From Balanoglossus misakiensis (Eukaryota > Animalia > Hemichordata): a DNA stretch of 64,000 bases. This document shows, piece by piece, positions 46,848-60,428 of this stretch. The notes below the pieces were generated by a model. It did not search any database, had not been told where the DNA came from, and was given only the letters and a program-made list of their open reading frames with translations. A program made the translations under genes and the position numbers. How positions within the stretch are numbered: the first letter of the stretch is position 1; every line of letters starts with the position of its first letter. The stretch is from assembly GCA_040954595.2 (NCBI GenBank), contig CM082577.2:9139846-9203845 (forward strand). Direction: 5' to 3'.

Positions 46848-49716
46848 ACATTGCCACCGTGTACTGTGATGATCGCCGTAAATCTGGCATCCGCGAAACC
46901 AAACATGTGTCGTGTAGCGCCGACACACCTGTTCGAGAGGAACGTCTGTTGCCAACATGTCGAGGAACAACCGTATTTACAAATCCGTCCGAAGTGTATA
47001 CATTGACGTAACTAAGCCCATTCCAATTAAATAACGCATTCGCGCTATTTCCTGATTTACACCTGAAAATTATTACTCAATCTTGCCGAACGTTTCCAAG
47101 TACTACGAATTTTATAGATCGTTTTTTTCAGAGTCACGATTTTGTAACGCCATTAACCTCAACAAGAACAGGTTGATTGTAATTAGAATATATATGTATA
47201 GCTTTAAGCAATTATGCCAAAAGACATATTGTTTAGCCATATGTAGGCCACAATCCGCTACCCAGACATTTTTTGCTTGAGTCGTTTTAGTATTTGAGTC
47301 GAAGATATAAATTAATGTCAGATGCCATCATATCGCCGACACTCACCCATAATTAATCGTTGAAGTATTTTAATATATTTTGTTAGTCAATAAGGCCTTG
47401 TAGGTTTCTCAGTTGAAAATATGTCCCGATTGGTTCGCATTCTTGAAATAAACGTTTTAATTTAATCGTACGACAAAGTCAGCATTCTGTTGTGTAATTC
47501 ATTCAGCTCTGCGTAGATATGTCGGTTGCCATCACACGTGTAGATAAATATTTGCTGTTTTATTATCATTTGGTTTAATCCACCGAATTCCCCAAACCAC
47601 TTATTGTATCGTAGATTTTTTAGAGTTTTTTTTAACGTAAACACTTGTCAATGACCAAAAATACTACCATCCGACCATGCGCTACACAAAACGAGACCGG
47701 GGCTTTCTCTCGGTCCGAAATGCTTCGATGTGGAGTGCGTGTGAATCATTCGCCGACACTGGACGCTTTGTTTACTCTGGAACAAGCGCTTGAAAGGGTC
47801 CGAAATGAGGACTTCGCTTCTCTCTGAAAGCGGAGCCAAGGGGTCGCAACAATGGATCATCCCGTCTGGGCCCAGCCATTCTGTAACTTAATTATCGCCC
47901 ATTGTGTATTACCCACGACCAGTGTTGTACGTTTCATTATATGCCAAATCCCCCCAAATGCCAGTCGCGATTAATTCAGGTCAATTTCGTGCGGTTTTTA
48001 GTTGGTGTATGTGGTATGTAATGTATGGAGTATGTGATGAGATTGTCGGAGGGGGCGCGGATTTGATTTCGTGCGGTCTACGGTGACCCCGGGCATGTAC
48101 ACCCACGTCAAACGGCCCCTCAAGTGCACCCAGCAAACATAACGCGCCTCTAAGTGTGTAAACTTGACCTTCTTTCACGCGTGATCGACAGCTTTGTTTT
48201 GTGATAAACACTCCAATCAAGTTTTTAGACCGGTAAACAGCTACATCCCTTCGATCAACTTGATTAAAGTGAGTGAGTGACAAGCGATTTCGCTGCTTGC
48301 AAATCAGTGCAGGAATCCCTAGTTTACTGAAAGCGGCACAGAGTGCAAATGAAGTGGCCAGTTGTCAACGTTGTACTGGATACCAGCGCATTGTAGCTGT
48401 GATGTTACAGCCTACAGGGCTCGAAGCAAGAACAAACACAATATAGCCTACAGGTCCAGTTATTTTTTTCCACGCATTTTTATTCGCCAAACAAAAACAC
48501 CACGAAACCCGAGTAAAATAGTTCCATCGTCTTTGTTTTGCGCTTGGATATTGCTTTGCACGGCTCCAAGGTCAAAGGTCGACGCGGTCACCATGGCCAT
48601 GGCGTCGCATGCTTTGCCCCTGGCCATGGTTACCGGGTAATAATTTCAGCAACATGCATGCGTGGAGATAGCTGCAACGGCAGTGATTCTGATTGGCACT
48701 GCCGTCGAATATTTCCTACAAATACATAATTACACTTTTGCCACCGACTGTGCCAAGTCGACGGACTCTCGTTTTCATCAATTTTCACAAATTTTGTCGC
48801 GGCAGCACCAGCGGGGCCGGGCAGCAAGGTAACTTTGACAAAGAGCTAGTCGGAAAAAAAACGCTGCCTATTAGGACAGAAAGCGTCGTGTGACGACACG
48901 CTCGCTTCATGTGGTATGCGCACTCCGGAGAGAATTCAATTACTGTGACGCTGGTGAATGAGTGTGTCTAAATTACCTGCTGAATCAGTTTTGTCACTGA
49001 CAGGAATGGGCCAACTTCCGCCGCGGCCATTAACTGTCATCTGACAGACCGCTATATAACATTGACAAAGGCAAAATAACGCGCTTAAACGGCATTAGGC
49101 CTATCCCAAATATGAAACTAACGGGGCCGCCCGTCACGAGGGCGGTGGCTAATTCTCCATTTCCGTTAGAATCAACACGTTCAATGTCATCGACAAGTTC
49201 ATTGTCCCGCTAAGTGTTGTTCCTGAGTGTAAACAACTTCACAAAAAGACACAATAGGGCATTCTTGTGCTAATGAACCGATGATGCATATCCCCCGGTA
49301 GGCACTAGTATCCAATTCTTAAATGTTTGTTTTGCCCCGACTGTGTTTTGTTTTGTTTCTCTTTTCCTCTTCACTTCTATTGTCTCTTCCCGGGCGATTG
49401 ATCTCCGTGCCTGACTTGGGCAAACTCGGCAACAAAGACCTGTCACAATTGAAAATGAACAGTACGCTTTTTTAGAGAACGGCCTTAACACGACAAGTGA
49501 GCGGTCGGGGTCGCCTCGCAACAACGCGAGACGAAAATTTGCAAAAACAAAAAGCTTTGCACGAACGCCACGTACGCGGCGAGAGATTCCGAAGTTGTGA
49601 CCCATCGACTGTTTGCCAATGTCCAGTCAAGTGCTCAGGGCTCCGTGACGTGGCAGAGAGAAGTCCCTGTTTTTCTACATATTTTCTTGATCGATATCAT
49701 CTGTGTCTCCGAATTG

Positions 49717-49719
<3 letters not shown>

Positions 49720-49804
<85 letters not shown>
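49720..49804. repeat. (CT)n microsatellite
   Basis: Directly visible. Confidence 0.97.
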
Positions 49805-49809
<5 letters not shown>

Positions 49810-51627
49810 CCTCCCCCCTCTCTCTCTCTTCGGGCTCCTGACGTACTTTACTTTCGGTGGCGGTATTGCCCGACTCGCTCGAACACTGAGGAAACCCATC
49901 CCTCGGGAACAGTCCCCAACCCCAAACAATGAGTAATCAGAGATCATATTCTTACTATGCCGTGCTGCAGATCCCCGTGATTTCGCGCGTAAATACGCAG
50001 AAATGAAAAACGAATACCAGCTACAAAGCGCATTCTTTGTTTCTTCAGCAACGTTCACTGCATTTGGCATGCATACTCCGTCATATCTTTCGACTGAAAC
50101 GATTGCTTGGTGACATAAACGTTCGACTGTTGACAAACGTATTGGTCTCTCGCAACTCCAAAATAAACGTTCTGATTTTCCTATAAGCGGAAGCTGAAAA
50201 ATGAAGCCAGATTTCTTGTATCTATCTCTGAACCACGATGACAGGGTCTCTCACAGTCTCTCCGTCCCCCGAAGGACCTGAGCCCGACTCAGCTTCGCTT
50301 AGGCCCCGTACACTTGACCGCGCTACCGTCGCCCGCAGTTCTGAAAGGCTGGTTGACGTATCGACTTTTGACTTCGTTTGACCATGACTTCATAACCGTG
50401 GATTCTCTCGACGTAAACAAACGCAGAACGGTTCGAAAGGGGTAAAACGTTTTACCATTGTGCAGTGATTCTTTAGAGTTTTATTTGCTGAGTACCTGAT
50501 AAGCACACATATTCCGATCAAGATAAATGTGAATGGAACACCGTGCTTGAGAGATCACCGACACTCACTGAAGGAAAGGAAAAAAAAACACTAAACGAGT
50601 GTACACACGGTTACCCTTATACAAAATTTGCTTGGAGGTTGCATGTGATGTAATAGAGAAAGGCTGAACGCTATATCCAAAACAGATTGAATGTAAACTT
50701 GGCGAAAGTCCCCGTGTCACGCGACATTTGGCATCACAAGACTGTCATTCATATGCGTGTAAAGTAACGTCACACATTTGGACCGCGTTTACATAGTTTT
50801 GTTTCCTACCATAGCTTTATTAGTTTTGCTCAAGGTAGAGTACTGAGTAGTCATAGAGGCGGAGTTCATCGCGTTCGTCGTTGTTGATCACGCCTGGCTA
50901 TTGACGTTTGCTGGAATCTTTAAAAGAGACCCTTTAGCGCATGCGTTTGACAAACGTCATTAATTAACGTGTAAAATGGCAAATCTCTGCTACTCGTTCT
51001 CCCCCCCTTCTACTATATAGACATGGAGACCTGTTTAGACAAGAAAGTGTGTTATGATTCTACATCCATGTATTGAATGCGTTTTATCCGAAATCGATGG
51101 CAGGTGCACGTCATTTCCTGTGTATTTTTTGCTTGCCTCCATGCTGGCAATATTTATCTTTCATTACGCTGGCTCTTGAAAACTTATCGACTCTCTACAC
51201 CTTTGTGTCGGATTGTATAGATATACATGTATTTCAAAACGAAAATAATACGTACCCTAGCCACACTGTCTCTGTCAATATTATTCTCTGTTCTACTTGA
51301 AGGAGACAAAATGAAAATGGTGACTAGAAGTATCACTGAGCAGGCACACGCACGCATACCCAAACAGACAAATATAGCTAAGGCAGTAATACTCTTCATT
51401 AACATGCAACAACACGGTCCCTTTTGTATCTGGTTTCATTAATCTCGTTTTAAAGTGGGTAAGTCATTTTAATAATAGGTGACGTCAAAACCCACTCCAG
51501 TTCTACCCACGCTTTGGATTATCAAGTTATAAATAATACTCTATTTCAATCGCTAGCCTGGTTTTCCGTGATATTGTTGCTTACGTTTGAAAATGTGATT
51601 ACTTACAAGTAACATGTCATTCTGGAA

Positions 51628-51629
<2 letters not shown>

Positions 51630-51708
<79 letters not shown>
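51630..51708. repeat. (CAT)n microsatellite
   Basis: Directly visible. Confidence 0.97.
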
Positions 51709-51711
<3 letters not shown>

Positions 51712-54144
51712 TTAGGTTTTCATTCCAAGACTTAAATCAAGCAGTACTAAACGTGGGATATATTTCCTGCCATCTGGAATGCCCACATATAGCTTGCTTT
51801 GCAAAATTCTGTCTGGGTGAGAGATAGTTGCGTGCGCATAAACCAAACACAGTCCCCAGACGTATTGAACTGGAAATGAGTAATGAAATGGCCTTTCAAC
51901 AAGCATGCATATAACAGAGACATTGCCTCTTCATAGAAAAAAAATATGGGCGACAGGACATCCACGTTTATGGATACTTAATTCTATCGGAATCGACACT
52001 TCCTGAGGTTTTATCGCTCCACAATTTCACGGAACAAAAAAAGCTTGTAAATGCAAGAAGTTTAATCTGCATTTAGATTAATATTAAAATGTATGTTAGG
52101 TGGGGTTACTTAGGCATTTTTCTACTGATCGAGGGGTGTGATTAACTATAGACAAATAAAGCGGGAAATGGTGTATGATTTTTATAGTAGCTTCGCGGGG
52201 AAAGATCATTTTCTTCTCCGCTTTTAAGTTTTTTCTTTGTTTTTGTGCGTCTGTATCACAATCTCTTTTTTTTTCTTTGTTTTGTACGTCTGCATTTCAA
52301 TTTTGCAGAAAATAAGACCACGGACACTCCAGATTCGATATACCTGGTCAGAGGAACAAATATTAAGAATTATGAAAGTCGTTCCGGCGCACAATAAAAC
52401 GGCACGAGTGCTTTATGTGGCCTCTAATGAGGACCAAAATGAATGGTCGTTCCTCAATAAAAACTGTCGCTTTCAACTTTAAGACCCATGATACTTTTAC
52501 AGTCGGTGACCTCGTGACCTTAACGCCACTTCATACCCTGGATTGCCAGGACACACCTGAAAGTGTTTTTGGATTGGTCGCGCTGCGTTTCCATGGCAAT
52601 CTCACGAAGCCTGTCATCGGGAAGAGAACACAGTCCTACACCGCTTGACAAACAGATGAATCTCGCGGTAAATTTTGGGGGATGACAGTTACTTTAAAAT
52701 CAACGTGGGCATGACTTATTCTCACAAAAAAGCATCGACTTTTTTCGAAAACCCGCCGTGGTGTAATTTGGGTTGGCAGAACAGATTTTCCTAAGTGCCC
52801 GAAATCACCAGGCGTTTTGTTCGGCCGCATAAATGGCGCCAAATTGCCTGTAAGTGGCCGCAATAAAAATTCTCTACGGAGAGGCGCTATAACTAATAAA
52901 AATTGCGCGTATTCTTTAAGCCGAACCATTAAAGCGTAGTAATACAATTCTGGGGAAACACATCAAGGCGTGTGTACGTGGCGCTTACCAGGTTACATTA
53001 CCTATGTATGGGCAGCAGATGAATTGTCAGAAAAACAAGATAAAACACTTTAAGTCTGTGCTCAGGTTGAAATGAAGACAGCTTCGTTCCATTTGTGTAC
53101 GCGTTCGAAACGTGCGCTGCATGACCGATGGCGCGCGTTCAGAAGCGTCGATTTCTATCCTCTGTTCCAATCGTTTTTTTATTAAAAGTGACAGAAACCT
53201 TTCAATCGGCGACGTCAAGATACATCGTTGTTGGCAGTGCAAGTCCTACGTGATATTTTTTTTAAAATCCGACGAACTCTTCGTTAAACCGGCGGTCGAA
53301 AACCTCCAGTCTGTGCAGTCAGCTTGCAAAAGCAGTGTTATTGCATTCTTGCTTTATGAATGTGTCACAATTTCACTGATAGCGTTATAGATTGATCGAT
53401 TGGGTTATATGCCAGAAGAATACATACTATACACTCGCGAAGTTCATTGGAATCTATCATCAGATAGATAGATCGATCGATAAATCAATCAATCAATCGA
53501 GTAATTGAATACTACAAAGGGGTTCATTTTCTTCATTAACTTTCTGCCCATGGTTTATCATAAGCTGTCCCGGCCACCTTGAGAAAAGACTAGGTGTTTT
53601 TAACAAGTAACTATTGAAGGCAATCTTCAATGCGGGCACCTCACATACTTGTTAAGAAGCAGCTTTCAACGCGCCTCTTTTGTCAAGTCCTGTGTAAATT
53701 TAATCAGCCTTGAAGGCCTTTATTAGCGTTGTGTCAACGAACGGCTACTTCGTTACTATCGCGATCTTCGAGGGAGAGAGAGAGGGAGAGAAATTAATGT
53801 ACTTTCCAGCGTCTGTTATCGTGAGTTAGCACACAGGTCACATCCAATCGGGTCATTGAAATCTGAGCCAAAGTGAATAGAAATCTGGAGAGAAAATAGA
53901 AGCTTGTTTCCGCGTGGCAGGTAAGGTCTGATCTCACTTCGAAATGAGAATGATAATGATTATGACAGTGATAATGATAATAGACCGAAACCGACTAAAA
54001 TGATCCCCAAGTGCCGGTGATCGAGTGTTTGCCAATGGATGTGATTGGAAATTAATGGGTCTTTTTTACGATTTAACAGTACCGTGGAACAGGAGATTAA
54101 AAACCAGACAACGCAGATATTTGGAGTAGACATGTTTTTGAAGT

Positions 54145-54242
54145 AGCACAGCGCAGCGCAGCACAGCAGAGCAGAGCAGAGCACAACACAACACAACACA
54201 ACACAACACGACACAAAACAAAACAACACGACACGACACACA
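54145..54242. repeat. Degenerate pentanucleotide microsatellite (CAGCA/CAGAG/CAACA/CGACA)
   Basis: Directly visible. Confidence 0.9.
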
Positions 54243-57200
54243 GTCGTATTTGACCGATGTCTCTCAGTGGTGATGGGCACAGTTCATGTTCAGTCATTGT
54301 GTTAGCGTTACTGGGCAGTTTGCGTGCATTAAATGGAAAATGAGAAAACTGGGTTGAAATATGTGTCTGTGACATAAATAGAGCAGAGTGCCGTGACATG
54401 ACCATGAGGGTCTTGACACCTGGCTGTGAAATTCAACATTGTCATCGTGACTAATATTGTCAACATTTTGAAAGAGACAGTGTCCTCGGACATGAACAAC
54501 AGCCCACTGTTCATATTCTTCTTCTTTTGGCCTAAAGTGCATTTTCGGGATATTTTCGTGCGAAATTTTGACATCTTAAACGGACTGGGCTGTGTACATT
54601 GGCGTGACTGATCTGACCAGTTCGAAAGTTCAACTACTCATCGGAGCGTCGCGTTATAGCACCGCCGTAAGAGGCTTTATTGTCGGAAGAAATGGGCGCC
54701 GAAGGATTAGTGTAAGTGGCCTATTGAGACTGACAGGCTGAGGGTTCGGGCTGACGACAGCTAGGTGAAGATAAATTACACTGTACCTTCGCTCTGGCGT
54801 TTAATCTGTTTTTACACTTTGGAGAAGATATTTTTTTTAAACTTTCACTCGCTGTGTGCATGCAAGACATGCGTCAGTGAAGTTAGATAACACATTGCAT
54901 TAAGCAATAAACTGAGTCGTGTCAATGACGTCAGACGGGGTGTACCACGGCAAGAGAACAATTCTCAAAAGTTAACATTAATTGGGAAAGTTCGAACGCA
55001 AGGCTGATGCCCTCCTTTATAAGTTTGGTTATCCCGCAATTTTAAATTATTGTAAATGAAGGCACACTTTTCAAAATCAGCCGCTGCTATTCAATACGTT
55101 AAACTGTAAAGAAGTATAGTTTTGACTGAAATCTTCAATTTCACAGGACATAAAAATCCGAGAAAAAGAGAAAACTTTGAGTAAGACAAAAAAGGCCCAA
55201 ATTTTGTTCTCAAACAGTAGGCCTAATATGACATGAAAAACACACACGAAGATTTGTTATCTTTCATCGTGGTTTTGATATCGCCACTAAGAGCAGGAGC
55301 TGAAAATTGGAATAAGGCTAAGGGTTTTGGTTCAATTCTTCGTGAAGATTCTCATTCGAATGATTCGCCACACCATGGCACCAAAACGCTTTGACTGTAC
55401 TCCCCCCGCGCTGTAGCATGAAAGACGCTGAAAATAATATCCGTCTTAAAATCGAAATTTATGATTGTGGGATTTTTCGGCCTTCGATTTGGACAAAAAA
55501 CCGCCACCGACTCAAAAAGACACGCCGAAGGTCTTCTGATTCACAAGCTCGCCGCCCTATACAACCCCAGTCAGGATATGTCCGTCATTAAGACTTAATA
55601 ACGTGTAAAATTGGCGTAATAAATGTGCACTAATGAATCGTAAAATGCATAAATGTGTTTGTGACGTCACTTCCTTCCCTTCTCCGGGAACGTATAGCAC
55701 ACAGCCTGACATAACACCGCCGCGTATGACGTGTGGTGACTTTCTGGAGATGGGAAGCGCTTCCGGGGGGACAAACTGCGTTACCCCGGCCGACAGCGAG
55801 CGATTAACCAGGTATGCGTCTGGCCTCACAGTCACACGGGGTCTCCCGTACCGACCCGATTCAACATTGGGCGTTGCATAACAAAAGGAAACGTGCGTTT
55901 ACATGGCTTAATTTCCCCCCGAGGCGTCATCCGAACCTTATGGGTGACAAGTACGCCCGGTCAAGACTATGGGATGTTTGATAAAAATTTCAATGACCTG
56001 GGGGTCAATGCTGAGAATTGCGAATTCATGTGAGCGGAGTTCTGTGCCCCTCGCCGTGAACTACCAGTCAAACCTTCAGACAGATCATACACGGCACGCA
56101 GGAGGGGACCGTAGGTACGGTCACGGTAAACCCGGCGGGTGCGATTCCATGTGAGATTTCCAACTTTTCCCGTTAAACCGCGCCCTCTAACACCGCCACG
56201 GGGTAATGGTAACCACCTGTTGATCAATACGACAGGCAATCCTTGTGCCCTGGCCAGCTTATACCTATCTACGTATCTGTACTATCGTCGATATCCAAAC
56301 ATCAGAATCGAAGTAACACAAGGAATTTAAAGATTATATATCCTTTATTAAGTCTCGTTCAAAGTTCGCCGGGGAAAACAATTATGTCCAAGGCCCCAAG
56401 CCCGAAGTATTATATCCGAGCTAAATTTGGTGTACAGTTTATCAGCCCAGAGACTGGTGCATAGCGAAACGTAGATATGATTATTGACGCGACGCTTGGT
56501 TAAAATGAAACAGTTTAGATTATACAGTCGGTGAGTGCAGTGACCTTAATTAATCGATACCTTCTATACCTGTCTAGCAACATTGCTATGTGTGCAAATT
56601 TGTCAAAACATTTGCGGAACCAATTGCGCTAATTGACACAATCGAATTTGAATGTGGAATTCTCACATGTCAATGTATGATTGCGGTTACCTGTAGGGAC
56701 AAAGGCATGGACATTTTGAACACTGATTTTGAGGGGCCACAAAATGGAATGCACGCGTTGAGCTGAAGGATAATGACATGCATGATTATTTTTGAACCGC
56801 GAAAAAACTGAGAGAAATTTAACCATTCAGATGTGAACCGAGTCGGGTGAATGTATACGTACGGGTGATTGCGTTACCACCAAAGGCGAAACCTTGAATA
56901 TTCAGCAGTTTTCCTGCGATGTATATCTAATGTTTTAACGCTAAATTTTGTGATAGCCATTACACCACGCAACGCAACGACACACTAGAATCTGATAACA
57001 CCGACCGCGCAGACCGTTTAACGCAAACCCGCCCCTACATATAGACTCTGAGACATATGCAAAGACAAATACCCTCTCTTGTATTTGTTGCCAAGGTAAC
57101 GAGCAGACGAATTATAATTTACAAGAATTAATATGGGCCTTATTAGGATTCGTGAAAATATGAGACCTCCCCGACCGATTGTGGCCGGAACAAACGCATG

Positions 57201-57815
57201 CAATGTATTTATTTAGTCTAGACTACTTGATGCGTGTCCAAGCATTCTTAAATTTACGGAAGTCCGCCAGCCGTGATTGATTAAATGGATTTTTAAAGCA
57301 TAAAAATGCCATAATTAAATCTATTACTTCTCAATCATGTATAATTGCAATAAATATAATCAAGTTGGAATATTGAAAACTGGCACGAATTCGACGACAG
57401 TGCGTACTGTATTTGTCCAGGGACGCTAAGTTTAATGGCGACATGTCATGCCCTCACCGTTCGAGGGCGCTTTTTTGCGGCAACTCTCCAGGGCCTTGGG
57501 TGATCAATGCGAATTTTTCAGATGACTGTCCGAGTCATATCAATTTCTCAATGCAAAACATCCATGTTTTTTGGTTATATGAGTCTCGTCCATACAAAAT
57601 GCACGTCAAACCGTTCACGTAGGCTCCGTGTGCAAGTTGACGCCACCTTGCCCAAAATCTAGGTAAAATTGCCGCCGCATACCTGTATTTTACGTGATAG
57701 CATAACCGCACCGATTTCGCCGGCCCTGATTACAAACTGGGATTAAGGGCACCACTAAAAATAGCAAAAACATCACAGAGCCTTCACAGAACTTGATAGT
57801 TTTAAAGTGGTGGTT

Positions 57816-57821
57816 TTTATT
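57816..57821 (-). terminator. RPL3 polyadenylation signal AATAAA
   Basis: About 83 nt downstream of the RPL3 stop codon. Confidence 0.75.
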
Positions 57822-57903
57822 GTATGTTTTACAGACAGATTCACACCACAGTTTCACTTGTGGAATGTCACATTTGTTTCTTCAGATCCGACCATCGCCA
57901 CGA

Positions 57904-60352
57904 CTAAACCTTCTCTTTTTTCAGGATATCCTTCTTCAGAGGTCCCTTTAAGAAAATTAAAAAAATACCGCGCGTCAACGAGATGCATTGGCAGCCAGTA
58001 TGATGAAAACGGGTGATACAAAGAACTTGGGGAAACTAATTACATTCTAATTAACCAATCTATTTGTTTTTCTTCTTTACAGGAGCAGATTTAAATCAAA
58101 GGACTAGTTTGTAATTACCTGAAGATATCTGGCATATAACAAAACCAACCCGCGCAGTTATTCAGAAAAATAACATGCCGAGAGAGGGCGCTATATCGGC
58201 ACAACTCGTGACAGAGATAGAGCCCACTATTAACAAAGTCTGTGCTGGGCACAACTAATTGCATTTATATACGCGCTCTACTTTAAAAAAAATTAAATCT
58301 GCCGTAGTTTGTTTACCATGAATTTGTGTTTCTCCTCAGGTGTCTGGAAGCGTCCGTGACCGAACTTGGATGATGTATCGATGAATTTCAGGTTGATCTT
58401 TTCGGTGGCTCTACGCGAAGTCTGCACAAGCAGTGACTGCAAATGGAGAAAAAACTTGGGTATTAATATCAAAGGACTCGTGAAGGGGTAACATTTTGTG
58501 ACGTGTTGAGAACATGATTATGATAAATGTGGTTTCCGATTTACACGTGCTGGGTAAATATGGCAAATACCGGCATTCAAATCTTCGTTGTACATTTCAT
58601 GATTTGAATTATATTATTATATTCTCAGTCTTACCTTGCGAAGAGTGAGCACGCGCTTCTTCGGACCGACAACACATCCCTTGAGCATCAGGAAGTCGTT
58701 CGTAACCACTCCATAATGCGGGAAGCCACCCTGTGATGATGTTGAAAACCGTGTTTATGTCAACAGAATACACTACAAGATTAGTTGGCTTATTTCAGAA
58801 AAAAGTGAACATTGAATCTGTGAAGCCCTTATAAAAAACTTTTGGACAAGTTGAGAAAATATCAGAGATATAATTGCACGTGCTTTACCGTAACTAGGCA
58901 AAATAAATCGTTCTTTCAATATGAACATATTTTACTGCCACTGTTTTCGTCATGTGAATTTTTCTTAGGTTTATGTTTTCTTTGGGGTTTCTTAGCTTCC
59001 AACATAAAAATTAAAAAACTATGTATTTAACGTTTTTTTTAAATTTTGAGACCATTTGGCCAGAATTACCATTGGAGTGATGGATTTCTCGGTATGGTCG
59101 AACTCGGTGTTGGCATTGTTTGTGACCATCTTTCCGTCCTTTGAATAGTAACCCTTGCCGATGCGGTACACCTTCTTGTTGATCTCGGTACGGTGGTGGT
59201 AGCCCTTCTGACCAGCACGGGCAACCCCGTAGCCGACGCGGGCCGGATGCCAGGCGCCGATGCAGGCCACTTTGCGCAGACCCTTGTGGGTTTTGCGCGG
59301 CAGCTTCTTGGTTCCCCAACGTGACGTCACACCTGTTGAGTGCAAGCAAAGGGTGGTTTGGTTTTGATTCTTCTTATTCAGGTATGACTACATTGTGAAT
59401 AGCCAATTTTTCATAAAATGTTGAATTCATAAAATTAACAAACGACACAGTGGGAACAATTACAACAGTTCACAATACACGCAATATGAAACCACAAATG
59501 TGGCTCACCTCACCTTTGAACCCTTTACCCTTGGTGACCCCGATGACGTCAATCATCTCATCCTGGATGAACACATTTTCGATGGGTACCTGCTTTTCCA
59601 ACATGTCACGAGCCCACTCCACTTTCTTCTCAACGGTGCCACCATTCACTTGGATTTCTACGATGTGTGCCTTCTTCTGACGCTGGTTCATCAAACGCAT
59701 CTGAAGCATAATTACATGCAATGAAGTAGGAATGTAACCACAGCACAAAACAGCTCAGCACAACACACAACGCCACACCACAAAACAGCACACCGCACCA
59801 CACCACACCACATCACCATGTCATATCTTATCCCTCCAGGGTCTATGGTTTTACTCGTCATAAAAATCGACTTGCATTTTACAGGATTCTAACCCATACC
59901 TATGCCGCACCAACTCACGTAGCAAGCAAGAAACCCCTACGCCAAATCCACAAGTGTATGTATCTATTTTTATTCTGACGAATAGAGCCAATCGACATAT
60001 ACCACTCTAACATGAAAAGAAGTAGGCAATGTTGGAGGCTGCGAAGGTCAAATACAATCTCTCCAGCGACCCAGCATCAGAAACACCTGTTTTATCTCAC
60101 CTGCGTATGAGCAATGACCCTGATCTCTTTGCAGTATTTCGCCATCGCCTTGAGGTCTTTCTCGATATCTTTCTTTCCAGCATCGTCTGCCCACTTCTTG
60201 GAGGCCTTGGTGAACGCCTTCTTCTTGGCGCGGTACCTGGTTGACGAGAAAGCAAACGGTGCTGGGCCTCGTCAGTACAAGAGAGGAGACCCGGAGCTAT
60301 AGGTGTAGAGGACGTTAGTCTCAAGCCAATGTATTTCTCTATTATCATAGAT

Positions 60353-60428
<76 letters not shown>

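Noticed and set aside
48586-48635. Short inverted repeat accatggcca...tggccatggt
   Set aside because: Built from self-palindromic CCATGG units; too short to call an element or RNA gene.
49497-50136. ORFs with SLSLSL/ERERER runs (also 34558-34927, 16742-17152, 2547-2780)
   Set aside because: Open only because of microsatellites.
50701-50880. GAAAGTCCCCG resembling RNase MRP conserved region I
   Set aside because: No complementary GGGGCT P4 partner or P1/P3 helices at a suitable distance.
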